From NCBI GenBank assembly GCA_001029755.1, contig CP011214.1, forward strand, positions 1,754 through 65,753: 64,000 bases of DNA, in the 5' to 3' direction. The translations under genes were made by a program, and so were the position numbers. Positions 21,398 through 31,749 of this stretch are shown one piece after another (position 1 is the first letter of the stretch; each line of letters opens with the position of its first letter). A model generated the notes under the pieces. That model did no database searches. It was given only the letters and a program-made list of their open reading frames with translations, and was not told where the DNA came from. The stretch is from Candidatus Woesebacteria bacterium GW2011_GWF1_31_35 (lineage in GTDB: Bacteria; Patescibacteriota; Microgenomatia; UBA8517).

Positions 21398-23008
21398 CTA
21401 TTCGACTTGGAATATATCTACAGAAGAATTTTCAAATATTTTAGTTATACCCAATTGTCCTTCTCCATAGAATGCCCTTTGGCCCTTTAACCAGTAAACA
21501 TATTTAATATTATTTACTTTTAAAAAGTTTTTAGCTTTTACTAAATCGGTTTCTTTATACCAACCTTGAATTTCTAAAAGTCTTTCTTTCCAGTTATATC
21601 CTAATATATCTAAATTGACTTCATCTTCTAAAGATACAGGTTTATTTGTATAGGCTGAAACATATGATGTTGAATCATATAAATAAAGTGGTCTTGGAGG
21701 GTTATTTATTGCATCTTTGGCTTTTTGACTATCAAAAGGATAAGTTAAAACAACACCAGTCGGTTTTTCTCTTAAATAACTTAAAGCAGAAAGTTCTTCT
21801 GGAGAAACTTTGGCAGGAGGTCTATTTGGAATATAAACATCTTTTAATGTTAAAAGGGTTGTTGGAATAGTTAAAAGAATAATTACTAACACAATATACT
21901 TTTTAGCTTTTGAGAGAACTATTCCAGATAAAATACTTGAAAAGAATAAAGAATAGTAAAAAAATTGAATAGTATTCCATGGAGTTCCCTTTTGCACAAA
22001 GAATGTAGGTATTAAAATACCGGCTAAAATAACGGAATAGAAAAATAGATCCATTTTCGTTAATTTAATTTTTCGTTTTAGTAGATTAAATAGAAAAATT
22101 ATTCTAGTTCCAAAATTTCCAACAATAAAAATTGTAAATGCTAAACCATAAGCTAAAATTCCTTTAATCCAAATATGTCCGGTTTTATATGTTGTCATTG
22201 CAGAATAAAATTTATCCCAACCTAATCTATCACTATAACTGGCCATTGTTTCTAAAAACCAAAATGGTTGCCAGGAAATCGAAGAAGTAGCTTCTTTATT
22301 AAAAGGAATAAATATTAAACTTGATATTAATAATGCTCCTATAAATATTTGAAAATAACCAGAAACAAGTAATGCTCCTAATACTAATAGCCCAGCATAA
22401 ACTTTAATTTGAATCAAAAGTCCAAAAAAAACAATTGCAAGTATTTTTTTATCTTTCAAAATAGCAATTAATCCTAATAAAATAAATATTAAAGACAGGG
22501 CAAACGGAGGATTTATTAAAGTTGAAATCCCTTGTTGTGACCAAAATGTTGATTCCCCTTTTCCTAAAATCCAAGATAAAGATCCGCCGAAATATACAAA
22601 GAACATTGAAAGAGTAGCCGATAACTTATTTTTTATCCAAATATTCACAAACTTATAAGTCAAAAGTCCAATTAATAATGCAAAAATTGGTGGAAGAATT
22701 TGAAAATATATTAAACTTATCGGAATTTTGGTTAATTTATTTATCAATACCAAAAGTAAATCAAAACCTATATGATAATTTTTTAAAAGCTCTCCAGAAA
22801 AAACAGAGTTTTCGAATGAACCTCTCGCTAAACCTTGGGAAAGAGCAATATGCCAAATTCCATCATGTCCATTTGGCCCCCAAAAACCTTGACCGAAGGA
22901 ATAATTAAGGCCACTTTTAACCATTGTCAAAGACAATGATAAAGATCCTAACAAAAGAATTGTTAGAAATAATATATTTCTTTTAATTTTCTGGCCAATA
23001 GTTTCCAT
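21398..23008 (-). CDS. Polytopic membrane protein, probable GT-C-fold glycosyltransferase
   Basis: N-terminal external loop GHDGIWHIAL...YHIGFD; about 11 TMs; soluble C-terminal domain (FLKVNNIKYVY). Confidence 0.6.
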   Translation of the reverse strand: METIGQKIKRNILFLTILLLGSLSLSLTMVKSGLNYSFGQGFWGPNGHDGIWHIALSQGLARGSFENSVFSGELLKNYHIGFDLLLVLINKLTKIPISLIYFQILPPIFALLIGLLTYKFVNIWIKNKLSATLSMFFVYFGGSLSWILGKGESTFWSQQGISTLINPPFALSLIFILLGLIAILKDKKILAIVFFGLLIQIKVYAGLLVLGALLVSGYFQIFIGALLISSLIFIPFNKEATSSISWQPFWFLETMASYSDRLGWDKFYSAMTTYKTGHIWIKGILAYGLAFTIFIVGNFGTRIIFLFNLLKRKIKLTKMDLFFYSVILAGILIPTFFVQKGTPWNTIQFFYYSLFFSSILSGIVLSKAKKYIVLVIILLTIPTTLLTLKDVYIPNRPPAKVSPEELSALSYLREKPTGVVLTYPFDSQKAKDAINNPPRPLYLYDSTSYVSAYTNKPVSLEDEVNLDILGYNWKERLLEIQGWYKETDLVKAKNFLKVNNIKYVYWLKGQRAFYGEGQLGITKIFENSSVDIFQVE

Positions 23009-24638
23009 TTAAGTTAATTTTACTTGGTTCTTCATTCCATTCCAATCTTTTTGGAAGTGGACCAAATTGTTTTTCATTAAAATCAACTAAAATAATTGCA
23101 GGAAGACCATCTTTGTATCTAAAAACTTCAATAATTCTTCCCGCTTTCGGTACTTTATAACCAAAACAAACGTAAAGAGTGTTTTTTTGTCCAGTTGGAG
23201 GGCAATCATATGGCATGTTAAATATTAGTTTTTCAAATATGCCTTTTTTATTTATAAAATCGTTAGGATTTTCTTTTCCATAAAATAAAAATGGAACATA
23301 ATGACCTCTTGAAACAACAATCTTTTGATATCTATCTTTATAAGTTTTGTTAATAGATAAAACCATTTCTTTAAGTCCCACATCATTGTTCCACGGATGA
23401 TGATAAATTTTATGAACCGTGTATTGGTGAAAGAAAAAAATAAAATTACCAACATATAAAAACGCCAAGATTCCGATTACATATTTTTTGAACTTTTTTT
23501 GTTCAAATAAAAATCCAAAACCTACTCCGATTATTAGCGACAATGCATAAACCAAAAATACAGACCTTGTTATACTTCTTACTCCAACTATTGTTGCTGA
23601 AGCAAGTGGAGCCGAAAAAAGCATAATAAATGGCACTAAAATTAATTTATTTTTCTTAAGTTTTGAAAAAGCGTAAATTGAAATTAATAAAATTGGCAAT
23701 TCAATTAAAAAGATAAGACCTACTTTTGGTATCGAATGTCTTTCAGATGTAATACTTGTTTCCAAAAATAAAAAACTTGGATCAAAATATGAAAAGTATC
23801 TATTTGCAAAATCAAGGGAAAAAGAAGTAATTTTATTATGAATAATACGAGTAAGTAATAAATTAGTTCCAGCACTATTGTCTTCGGCTGCGTTTTCAAA
23901 AAGAGCTGGTTTATCTATAATTGTTAATATACTCTGAGACCTAGCTCTAGACTCAACAGGAACAAAAGAAATTATTACTGTAGTAAGTACTATTCCAAGA
24001 AGCATTAACAATTTTTTTGAAAACTGTCTATATAAAATAATTGTTAAAGTTAAAAATATTACAGGGATTAATATTCTATATGCTTGATATGAAAAAATTG
24101 CCAAAACAAATGGAACTAATGTTAATATGAAATTTCTAATATTTTTAGACTTAATAAATTTTAAGAAAAATGTTATTGCAAGAACTGTAAAAAACGCTCC
24201 CATTATGTTGCCATAGGAAACTCTAGAAAAATGAATGTGTGTTGGGTTAATTGCCAAAACAAAAGATGAAGCTAGTGCATAGGTTTTATTATTAAATATA
24301 GTCAGCGCTAAAAAATATATTGCTATTATTGATAAAGCACCGAAGACGGCAGAAGGAAATCTTGTAGTAAAAGTGTTTAACCCAAAAATTTTAACTATTG
24401 GGGCTACTGCATATGAATAAAGTCCATATTTATAATCCCCCACAGATTTAAAATAAATTGGAAATTTATTCCCATATTCATCTACACCAAAATTTGAAAG
24501 AGAATAACCATAATAACCTAAAGCCATTTCATCTTCATCAATTGCTTCAGGGTAAGTTTCCAGTTTCCAAAGTCGAAAAAATAGAGCTAGTAAAAATATT
24601 AATATTAAAATCCAATTTTTTTTCACTTTTGTCCCCAT
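22983..24638 (-). CDS. ArnT/PMT-like GT-C glycosyltransferase
   Basis: DEDEMALGYYGYSL, DEYG, DYKYG, PTHIHFSR. Confidence 0.85.
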   Translation of the reverse strand: MGTKVKKNWILILIFLLALFFRLWKLETYPEAIDEDEMALGYYGYSLSNFGVDEYGNKFPIYFKSVGDYKYGLYSYAVAPIVKIFGLNTFTTRFPSAVFGALSIIAIYFLALTIFNNKTYALASSFVLAINPTHIHFSRVSYGNIMGAFFTVLAITFFLKFIKSKNIRNFILTLVPFVLAIFSYQAYRILIPVIFLTLTIILYRQFSKKLLMLLGIVLTTVIISFVPVESRARSQSILTIIDKPALFENAAEDNSAGTNLLLTRIIHNKITSFSLDFANRYFSYFDPSFLFLETSITSERHSIPKVGLIFLIELPILLISIYAFSKLKKNKLILVPFIMLFSAPLASATIVGVRSITRSVFLVYALSLIIGVGFGFLFEQKKFKKYVIGILAFLYVGNFIFFFHQYTVHKIYHHPWNNDVGLKEMVLSINKTYKDRYQKIVVSRGHYVPFLFYGKENPNDFINKKGIFEKLIFNMPYDCPPTGQKNTLYVCFGYKVPKAGRIIEVFRYKDGLPAIILVDFNEKQFGPLPKRLEWNEEPSKINLNGNYWPEN

Positions 24639-25489
24639 GCTTCAATTTCTCCTGTATATGCCTTAAAGGCAAAATCCTTTAATTTACTTCCATTTATAAT
24701 TTTAAGTAAATTTTCAAAAATAAATGGAGAATAATATTTAAGTCTATTTAATACATATTCGATACTTAATACATTGTAAGTTTTTCTAGTTTCTATATTT
24801 TTAAAACCAGCTTTCTCTAAAATTAATCTTAAAGATTTCTGGGAAAAATACATGATATGTTCTCCTGGTTTATAGTGATACCACAAAGGTCCAAGTAATT
24901 TATGCCATAAACCCCCAACATCCGGTGTAACAACTAAAACTAAACCATCCTTTTTTAAAACTTTGTGAACTAATTTCATTTCTATTAAGGGATCTTTAAT
25001 ATGTTCTATGACGTCTTGATAAGTGACAGCGTTAAAAGAATTAGGTTTAATGGTAGTTTTATCTAAAGTAGAATTTATTACATCTAAACCTCTTTTTTTT
25101 GCAAAATCATATGCAAATTTAGAAACTTCTAAACCCATTATATTTTTCCAACCTAATTTTCTTGCCCCATCTAAACAATCTCCCAAAGCAGAACCAACAT
25201 CTAATAATAATTCTTTTTTACCCAATTTTTTATATAATTTATTTAATCTGTCTGAAAAAGTTTTTCTATTTACTTTCATTCCTTCAAAATAATTTGCATA
25301 ACCCCCTTTTGGATTTTCATTTTGAAAATATGATTTATCGTATTGAGCTATGATATTCTCTGCAGGGTAAAAATCCCAAACCATGCTGCACTCATTACAT
25401 TTTGCTAATTTGTAACCACTCATGGCCCAATACTCAGAAGAGTTATTGTTTCCACATATCGGACAGGTATGTTTAATTCGTTTTACCAT
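24623..25489 (-). CDS. Class I SAM-dependent methyltransferase with N-terminal Zn-ribbon
   Basis: CPICG...CNEC; LLDVGSALG; DVIEHI; HYKPGEHIMYF. Start set at MVKRIK (ORF track 25519). Confidence 0.85.
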   Translation of the reverse strand: MVKRIKHTCPICGNNNSSEYWAMSGYKLAKCNECSMVWDFYPAENIIAQYDKSYFQNENPKGGYANYFEGMKVNRKTFSDRLNKLYKKLGKKELLLDVGSALGDCLDGARKLGWKNIMGLEVSKFAYDFAKKRGLDVINSTLDKTTIKPNSFNAVTYQDVIEHIKDPLIEMKLVHKVLKKDGLVLVVTPDVGGLWHKLLGPLWYHYKPGEHIMYFSQKSLRLILEKAGFKNIETRKTYNVLSIEYVLNRLKYYSPFIFENLLKIINGSKLKDFAFKAYTGEIEAWGQK

Positions 25490-27224
25490 TTTGTATCCAT
25501 CTAGTACAAAAATCATCATTATTCATTTTCTCTATATTATAGTCTGACACCAGATGATTTCTGCGATATGTTGTCAGATTAGATTCTTCGCACAATTTAT
25601 CGTTATAAATTCTAAAAACTACACCAGAATCACTTTGATTTTGTATAACTACATAATTTTTGCCATTAAAATTACAATTGACCTTACTATCGAACATATA
25701 CGTTCCTTCTAAACTAGTTATTGGACAATTTTTGATGATAATAATGTTCCCAACAAAATAACTGTCTTTTTCCTTTGATAGTAATTTTTCTGTTTCTAAT
25801 ATTTTGTTTGAATAAAACAAATATTCATTAAATATTGAATATGGAGACGTTGTCACAACTACAACCTTTTGATTTAAATTATTTCTGGCTAAATAACTTG
25901 CAACAATTCTACCATTTAAAAAATTATTATCCTGTTGTTTTACTGGATATCTAAAAAAATAAAAAATCAAGAAATTAACAAATAAAGAGAAATAAATTAG
26001 AAAAACTGATATTGTAATAATTGATTTGTAATTCTTTTTTAAATTTTTGTACATGTATGTTAAACCTAGAGAGATTAGAATAATTAAAGCAGGAATTAAT
26101 AAAAATCCTCTATAAAAAAATGAATCTCCATGAAGACTTAATGCGGGAGGTATAGAAGAAACAATAAAAAGAGTAATTAGTAATGGAATGAGTTTTTTAT
26201 AATTGCTAATTCCATATATTCCAATAACGATAAATAAAAGATCTAATACATATATTAAACCATGGTCTTCAAATGTATACATTCCTCTAGCATCACCCTT
26301 CCAAAATAGAAAATCTGATGAAATCCAAGACATATATTTTTTGGAAAACTCTAATAAAGTAACTGTATATTTATTTATTAATACGTTTTTTAATGGGTAA
26401 TCAATCGAGGCTCTTCTGTATTCATTAACCTTATCTGAAAAATAATCTGCATTTAAAATTAATATCTCATCTTGGCTTCTGGCAGAAAATGTATTGAGGT
26501 TCAACTTTTTAGATACCCCAAAATAAATTCCTGCAAAAAGTATAAAGGAAAGCAAAAAAAAGATATAGATTTTTATATTACGTTTATTATTAATAAAATA
26601 ATGTATTATCAAAAGGACAGGTACTAATAATAGTAGTAATGGTTTCGCCCCAAAATACGAATAAAATGCTCCAACAAAAAATAATAACGAATAGAAAATT
26701 TTATATCCTTTAAATTTAAATAAGAAATACATACCTACAATAATTAGTAATAAAGAAAAAGGTGCTTCAGTAGGAACTCTTGAATATGCAAACATCCATG
26801 GATTAATAAAACCTATTAACAGAGTAAATATAATAATTATTTTTTCTTTAGTTAATTCAAACACCAAAAGAGACAAAAATATAATAGTAATAACATTTAT
26901 TATTACAAAAGGAATCCTAATATTTGTCAGATTAAGTTTACTAAAATAATAAAGGGGTGAAATCATTATTGATGGTAAACCCGCAATCCCAGCTTTTGTA
27001 TTATTACCAAAAATCATAGTTTTCCAACCAGTACCAGAAGAGTCGACCCCAAATAAACCAATCGTTTTTGCACTTAATGAGACTTCAACTTGATCTGCAT
27101 CCATTCCACCTGGAAATCTATCAATCCAAGTAAATCTTAATATTAATGAAAACAGAATTATTAATAACGGTATTATTAATAACTTATTTTTTACTAAATA
27201 TTGTTTTAAAACTTTTTTTAACAT
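25473..27224 (-). CDS. ArnT/PMT-like GT-C glycosyltransferase (DQ variant)
   Basis: MDADQVEVSLSA, NPWMFAYSR; many TMs; start uncertain. Confidence 0.75.
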   Translation of the reverse strand: MLKKVLKQYLVKNKLLIIPLLIILFSLILRFTWIDRFPGGMDADQVEVSLSAKTIGLFGVDSSGTGWKTMIFGNNTKAGIAGLPSIMISPLYYFSKLNLTNIRIPFVIINVITIIFLSLLVFELTKEKIIIIFTLLIGFINPWMFAYSRVPTEAPFSLLLIIVGMYFLFKFKGYKIFYSLLFFVGAFYSYFGAKPLLLLLVPVLLIIHYFINNKRNIKIYIFFLLSFILFAGIYFGVSKKLNLNTFSARSQDEILILNADYFSDKVNEYRRASIDYPLKNVLINKYTVTLLEFSKKYMSWISSDFLFWKGDARGMYTFEDHGLIYVLDLLFIVIGIYGISNYKKLIPLLITLFIVSSIPPALSLHGDSFFYRGFLLIPALIILISLGLTYMYKNLKKNYKSIITISVFLIYFSLFVNFLIFYFFRYPVKQQDNNFLNGRIVASYLARNNLNQKVVVVTTSPYSIFNEYLFYSNKILETEKLLSKEKDSYFVGNIIIIKNCPITSLEGTYMFDSKVNCNFNGKNYVVIQNQSDSGVVFRIYNDKLCEESNLTTYRRNHLVSDYNIEKMNNDDFCTRWIQNGKTN

Positions 27225-28647
27225 CCTGAATTAAAGATAACCCCATCATTGATACCATGGAAGTAGAATAAACAATTAAACCTACAAGAGCTAAAGTAAG
27301 CATAGAATTAATATTTAATGGTAGGTATCTTCTGATAATCAAGAGTGTTATACCCATGACAAAGGATCCTACAATTGGTTTAATCATGGAATTCATAATT
27401 GAAAAATTTACATATTTTTTTGCAACAATAATTGCAACCACTGATGAAAAACCAACTAAAGAGTAGCCTACTGATGCTCCAATTACTGAATATTTAATAG
27501 CTAAAAATGGAATAAAGGCCCAGGTTAAAACTGTCCACATAATCATTAAGTAAAATGTTATTTTGATTTTTCCAATTGCATTTAAAAGATTTGTCAATTG
27601 AGTTGTAGCTGCAGCAAAAAGAAAGTTAATTGAAATAAAAATTAGAGGAACAAGTGCTGGAATCCATTGATTATATCTAGGAACTATCCTAACTAAGATT
27701 GGAGCTAAAATTACTATTCCAACTAAACTTGGAAAAACTAAAAGACAGATAAAAAATATTGACCTTGTTACACTTTTTTCAAGGTCGGTTTTATGATCCT
27801 GCATTCTTGAAAATGCAGGAAAAGTCACACGAGTCACCGTATCCATAAAAAAGGTCAAAGGAAGTCTTGCTAATTTTTGAGCAAAGGAAAGTATTCCAAT
27901 GCCAACTGGACCAATTATTCCCCCTAGTATAATTGTCATCCCATCATCTTTAAAGGTTGCTAGAAATGTATTAATTTGAAAAGGAATACCAAATTTGAAA
28001 AGCCCCTTTAAAGTGTTTTTTGAAAAAGCAAGACCAGGTTTCCATGGTTGAAGTGCATAAATTGCAACAAGTCCTACCAATCCTCTTAATATTACTGCAA
28101 CAGTAAAGCTTTTTAATCCAAAACCTTTCATTGCTAAAATTACTAAAACAACGTTATATACAATTTGTTCCAGAATTTGTGGAAACACTAATTTAACAAA
28201 TTCAAGTTTTCTTTCAAGCAAAATTGAGGGAATACTTTTTAAAGAAGAGAAAATAAGTGATAAAGAAAGAGCATAGAGAAGTATTTGTCCATCATGAGTA
28301 AGTGAGTATTTTTGTACAAAAAATGGAGTTAAAAGAAAAACTATTCCAATTATTGTAAAGATTAATATTTGTTGAACAAAAAAAGTTGTCTTTAAATCAG
28401 TTTCTGTGGGGGTTTCTTTTTTCTGGATCAGTGCCGCAGCCAAACCAATGTCAGAAAAATAGACCAAAAAATTAATTATTGCACTAACAATTGCAAAAAC
28501 TCCAAATTCATATCCACCTAAATAGGCAAATAGAAAAAACTGTGCAACAAGACCAATAATCTGAAGTAAAAACGTTCTGCCAGTTAAAATGACAACTCCA
28601 CGTACAGATCTTTCTTTAACTGTCTCAATGCCTATTTCTTCTTCCAC
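27184..28647 (-). CDS. wzx: Wzx/PST-family oligosaccharide flippase
   Basis: EFGVFAI...FSDIGLAAALIQ, LERKLEF, VTFPAFSRMQ; about 13 TMs. Confidence 0.85.
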   Translation of the reverse strand: MEEEIGIETVKERSVRGVVILTGRTFLLQIIGLVAQFFLFAYLGGYEFGVFAIVSAIINFLVYFSDIGLAAALIQKKETPTETDLKTTFFVQQILIFTIIGIVFLLTPFFVQKYSLTHDGQILLYALSLSLIFSSLKSIPSILLERKLEFVKLVFPQILEQIVYNVVLVILAMKGFGLKSFTVAVILRGLVGLVAIYALQPWKPGLAFSKNTLKGLFKFGIPFQINTFLATFKDDGMTIILGGIIGPVGIGILSFAQKLARLPLTFFMDTVTRVTFPAFSRMQDHKTDLEKSVTRSIFFICLLVFPSLVGIVILAPILVRIVPRYNQWIPALVPLIFISINFLFAAATTQLTNLLNAIGKIKITFYLMIMWTVLTWAFIPFLAIKYSVIGASVGYSLVGFSSVVAIIVAKKYVNFSIMNSMIKPIVGSFVMGITLLIIRRYLPLNINSMLTLALVGLIVYSTSMVSMMGLSLIQDVKKSFKTIFSKK

Positions 28648-30362
28648 TTCTTAAATTGTAGCATTAAATAGGCTCCAAGTCCTAGCCACGAAACAAGAGA
28701 GATTAAATTTGAAACTGTCCTTACAGGAGTATTTACAAATTTAGCTTCAACTGAATGTTTCCCACTAGGAACCTCTATCCACATTCTTCCCCATGTTTCT
28801 TCTTTTGGTACAAAATAATCTACCTCTTTTCCATCTATATATACTTTCCAGCCTGGAAACTTAAATATATTAATTCTGACTATTGATCCTGTTGTTTCAA
28901 TTTTAAATTTTGCAAAATTAGTTTTTTCTTCTGTATTGGTAATTTCACCCATACCATTAACTATTTCAGCTACTACCTTTTGGGGTTCTTTAGGAGCCGT
29001 TTCAGCCCAAATAGGTAGGTAATCATAAATTCCTGCAGTTTGCTGCATATCCCAAGCTACTCCCGAAAGTTTTTCCTCATCAGTTAACTTGCCCAGTTTC
29101 CCATGCTCTGGTAGAAAATAGTTCCAATTAAATAATATTACAAAAAATATTAATGCCGAAAGAAAATATTTATTTTTTACAAAGATAGTAATTGCACCAG
29201 CTAAAAATGAGAATGAAAAAATAACTATAGTTAGAAATCTCCAAGGAAATTGAACTAAAGCCAAAGGTGAGACCAATTTATAAATTGGTGTTGATTTATT
29301 GTGTGTCATAAAAACAGCAAACCAACCAACCAAAAATAAAAACAGTATCAGGTAGTCAGTAGTTTTTAAATTTTTTAATTTTATTTTTTTGTTTTTAACT
29401 AGATAAAAACCAATAAGCCAAAGAGCTAGAATTACTAAGGTAATAACCCAATGAACATGGCCAACCTGAAAAGGCATTCCGTCATCCTTTACTCCCCAAA
29501 CAGAAGGACCATATCCCCAAAACCTGGTTATTAAAAGTTGTTTGATACTTACAAAATGTGCAATGTATTCATAGTATCCAGTAAGTTGGGATTTTACTTG
29601 TGTAAATTTATTTTCAAATATTGCAGGTAATGAAAAATAAGATGAAAGACCTAAAGCTAAAATTCCACTTATTATTAGCTTAGGAATTATTTTAAAATTT
29701 TTCTCTTTCCACATCCAAAGAAGACACCAAAACCCAAATATTGGTGTAAAAATAATAACCATCAAGTTATGTGTAATTAAAAGTCCAAACCAAGAAAGAG
29801 CAAGTAATATTAACCACTTAATAGTTTCGTTTTTTTTCTTACTAATTAACTTATATGAGTATAGAAATATTAACGGAAAGAAAATTAATGCCCAAGCCTC
29901 ATTCATTGCTCCTCTCACATAAACATCAACTGAGTGGTATGGTGCCCAAATATAAAAGATTGCTGAAATAATTCCACCAAAACGATCAAAAAATTGTTTT
30001 GCTAAATAATACATTCCAATACCACTTGCGATTAAAGATAGTGCAAAAGTTAGTTTTACAGTTACAATAAATGAAAACCCTAATAATCTAAATATCTCCC
30101 CCACTAGATAGGGAAGTGGTGGATAAAAATTATAAAGTGGAAATCCAAAACCATATCCCATATCTGGTACCCATCTACAAGGAATTTGGAAATCTTTAAA
30201 ACACTTCTCCATTTCAAGTTGTCTCATTATTTGAAGGTCATCATGCATATTAAAATAACCTTTTTGAAAAAGAAGAGTACGAGATGCTAATAATCCGGCG
30301 ATTAAAACTACCATTATAGCTAAAAATTCTTTTGATTTAAATAAATTTTTAATAAATTTCAT
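28632..30362 (-). CDS. YfhO/PTPS-related membrane protein, GT-C-fold glycosyltransferase
   Basis: MHDD, RWVPDMGYGFGFPLYNFYPPL, QFPWRFL, C-terminal FPGWKVYIDG. Start set at MKFIK (ORF track 30449). Confidence 0.75.
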   Translation of the reverse strand: MKFIKNLFKSKEFLAIMVVLIAGLLASRTLLFQKGYFNMHDDLQIMRQLEMEKCFKDFQIPCRWVPDMGYGFGFPLYNFYPPLPYLVGEIFRLLGFSFIVTVKLTFALSLIASGIGMYYLAKQFFDRFGGIISAIFYIWAPYHSVDVYVRGAMNEAWALIFFPLIFLYSYKLISKKKNETIKWLILLALSWFGLLITHNLMVIIFTPIFGFWCLLWMWKEKNFKIIPKLIISGILALGLSSYFSLPAIFENKFTQVKSQLTGYYEYIAHFVSIKQLLITRFWGYGPSVWGVKDDGMPFQVGHVHWVITLVILALWLIGFYLVKNKKIKLKNLKTTDYLILFLFLVGWFAVFMTHNKSTPIYKLVSPLALVQFPWRFLTIVIFSFSFLAGAITIFVKNKYFLSALIFFVILFNWNYFLPEHGKLGKLTDEEKLSGVAWDMQQTAGIYDYLPIWAETAPKEPQKVVAEIVNGMGEITNTEEKTNFAKFKIETTGSIVRINIFKFPGWKVYIDGKEVDYFVPKEETWGRMWIEVPSGKHSVEAKFVNTPVRTVSNLISLVSWLGLGAYLMLQFKKWKKK

Positions 30363-30372
30363 AGAAAATAAA

Positions 30373-31749
30373 TTATATACCCTGCCAAATAAGACCAATA
30401 CCATCAATTTCTTTGTAAGAGACAATTCCATCAAATCCAGCAGGGACAATGACTGAAAATATTTTTGTCTCTTCTTTTTTAGGTGGAACGTCAGCTTTAA
30501 TTTTCAAATAATCAAAAATATATTTAAAACCAAACGCATCACCTAGTTTTGTTGTTAATGAAATTCCATAACCTTCTTTACCACCTTTTTCTATTATAAA
30601 TTTAGTAATCTCTTTTTTAGCACTTAAGTTATATAGCCTCTTTTGATCTTTTAAAGAAATAAGGTTTAGAAACAAAGCAATAATCAAAACAGTTATTATT
30701 AAAAATTTTCTTTTTAAGATTTGTTTAATAAATATGCCCAATAATAATATTAAAGAAGGAACTGTCATCATTAAATAGTATTCTGAGAATTTCCCCTGTT
30801 GAACATAAAAAAATATTGCTGGAATAGTAATTGTAAATAATAAAAGGAGTGAAAGATTTCTTTCTTTTTTGTTTAATAAAAGTTTAATACCGCTAACTAA
30901 AAGTAAGGCTAAAAATCCTTTTGAAATTATACTGTCTAATAAATTTATTTGTCTTGGATAAACAATTGAAGAAACATTATATGCAATAGTTTTTATTATC
31001 TTTCCAAGACCAGTAAAGTAATCTAATCCATCTCCTTTAAAAATTAATATAAATCTTTTAAGGTTTGTAAAATTATTAAATACATCAAAAGTAATATTTG
31101 GTAAAAGGCCTATAAATAAAATACCTAAAGACATCAATAGTATTTTAAGACTTGGTTTTTTAGGTTTTATAAGAATATAATAAATTAAAATTGATAATAA
31201 ACTTAAAAATATTCCAAAATGTGACTGGAATCCAACAATAAAACCTACAGCTAAAAATAAATAACCTAAATCATTTTTTATCGAAAGATATGCACCAGCT
31301 AAAAGAATTATTTGGGAAAGATAAAAAAGTGATGGAGCCCAAGGTATCTGGTCCCAAAAAATAAGTGATGATGAAATAGATACTAAAAATAAAAGAATAA
31401 ATGCTACTTTTTCATTTATAAAGTATTTGGCAAAAATAAAAATTGCTAAACAAGTTAAAATTCCTAAAGATACTGAAAGGTATACTCCAGAAACAGGATT
31501 GCCATGAGTTAATAATGCAAAAAAACTCCAAAGATAAATAAATCCTGGACCTATTGAAAAATTTCCAACAGAAGTAACAGGTCCTAATAAAACTAAATCT
31601 CCACTTAAAATATCTTTTGCTCTAAATGCTAACCATTCCTGATCAGCATCAAATAATGTCTTTGATTCAAGATTGTTAAGTCTTAAAAATAATCCAACAG
31701 TTAAAAGAAGTAAGACCAATAAAGTTTTATAATTTAGAAATCGTTTCAT
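30373..31749 (-). CDS. ArnT/PMT-like GT-C glycosyltransferase (DQ variant)
   Basis: FDADQEW...LLGPVTS.G.F.IGPGFIY; start set at MKRFL (ORF track 31761). Confidence 0.75.
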   Translation of the reverse strand: MKRFLNYKTLLVLLLLTVGLFLRLNNLESKTLFDADQEWLAFRAKDILSGDLVLLGPVTSVGNFSIGPGFIYLWSFFALLTHGNPVSGVYLSVSLGILTCLAIFIFAKYFINEKVAFILLFLVSISSSLIFWDQIPWAPSLFYLSQIILLAGAYLSIKNDLGYLFLAVGFIVGFQSHFGIFLSLLSILIYYILIKPKKPSLKILLMSLGILFIGLLPNITFDVFNNFTNLKRFILIFKGDGLDYFTGLGKIIKTIAYNVSSIVYPRQINLLDSIISKGFLALLLVSGIKLLLNKKERNLSLLLLFTITIPAIFFYVQQGKFSEYYLMMTVPSLILLLGIFIKQILKRKFLIITVLIIALFLNLISLKDQKRLYNLSAKKEITKFIIEKGGKEGYGISLTTKLGDAFGFKYIFDYLKIKADVPPKKEETKIFSVIVPAGFDGIVSYKEIDGIGLIWQGI

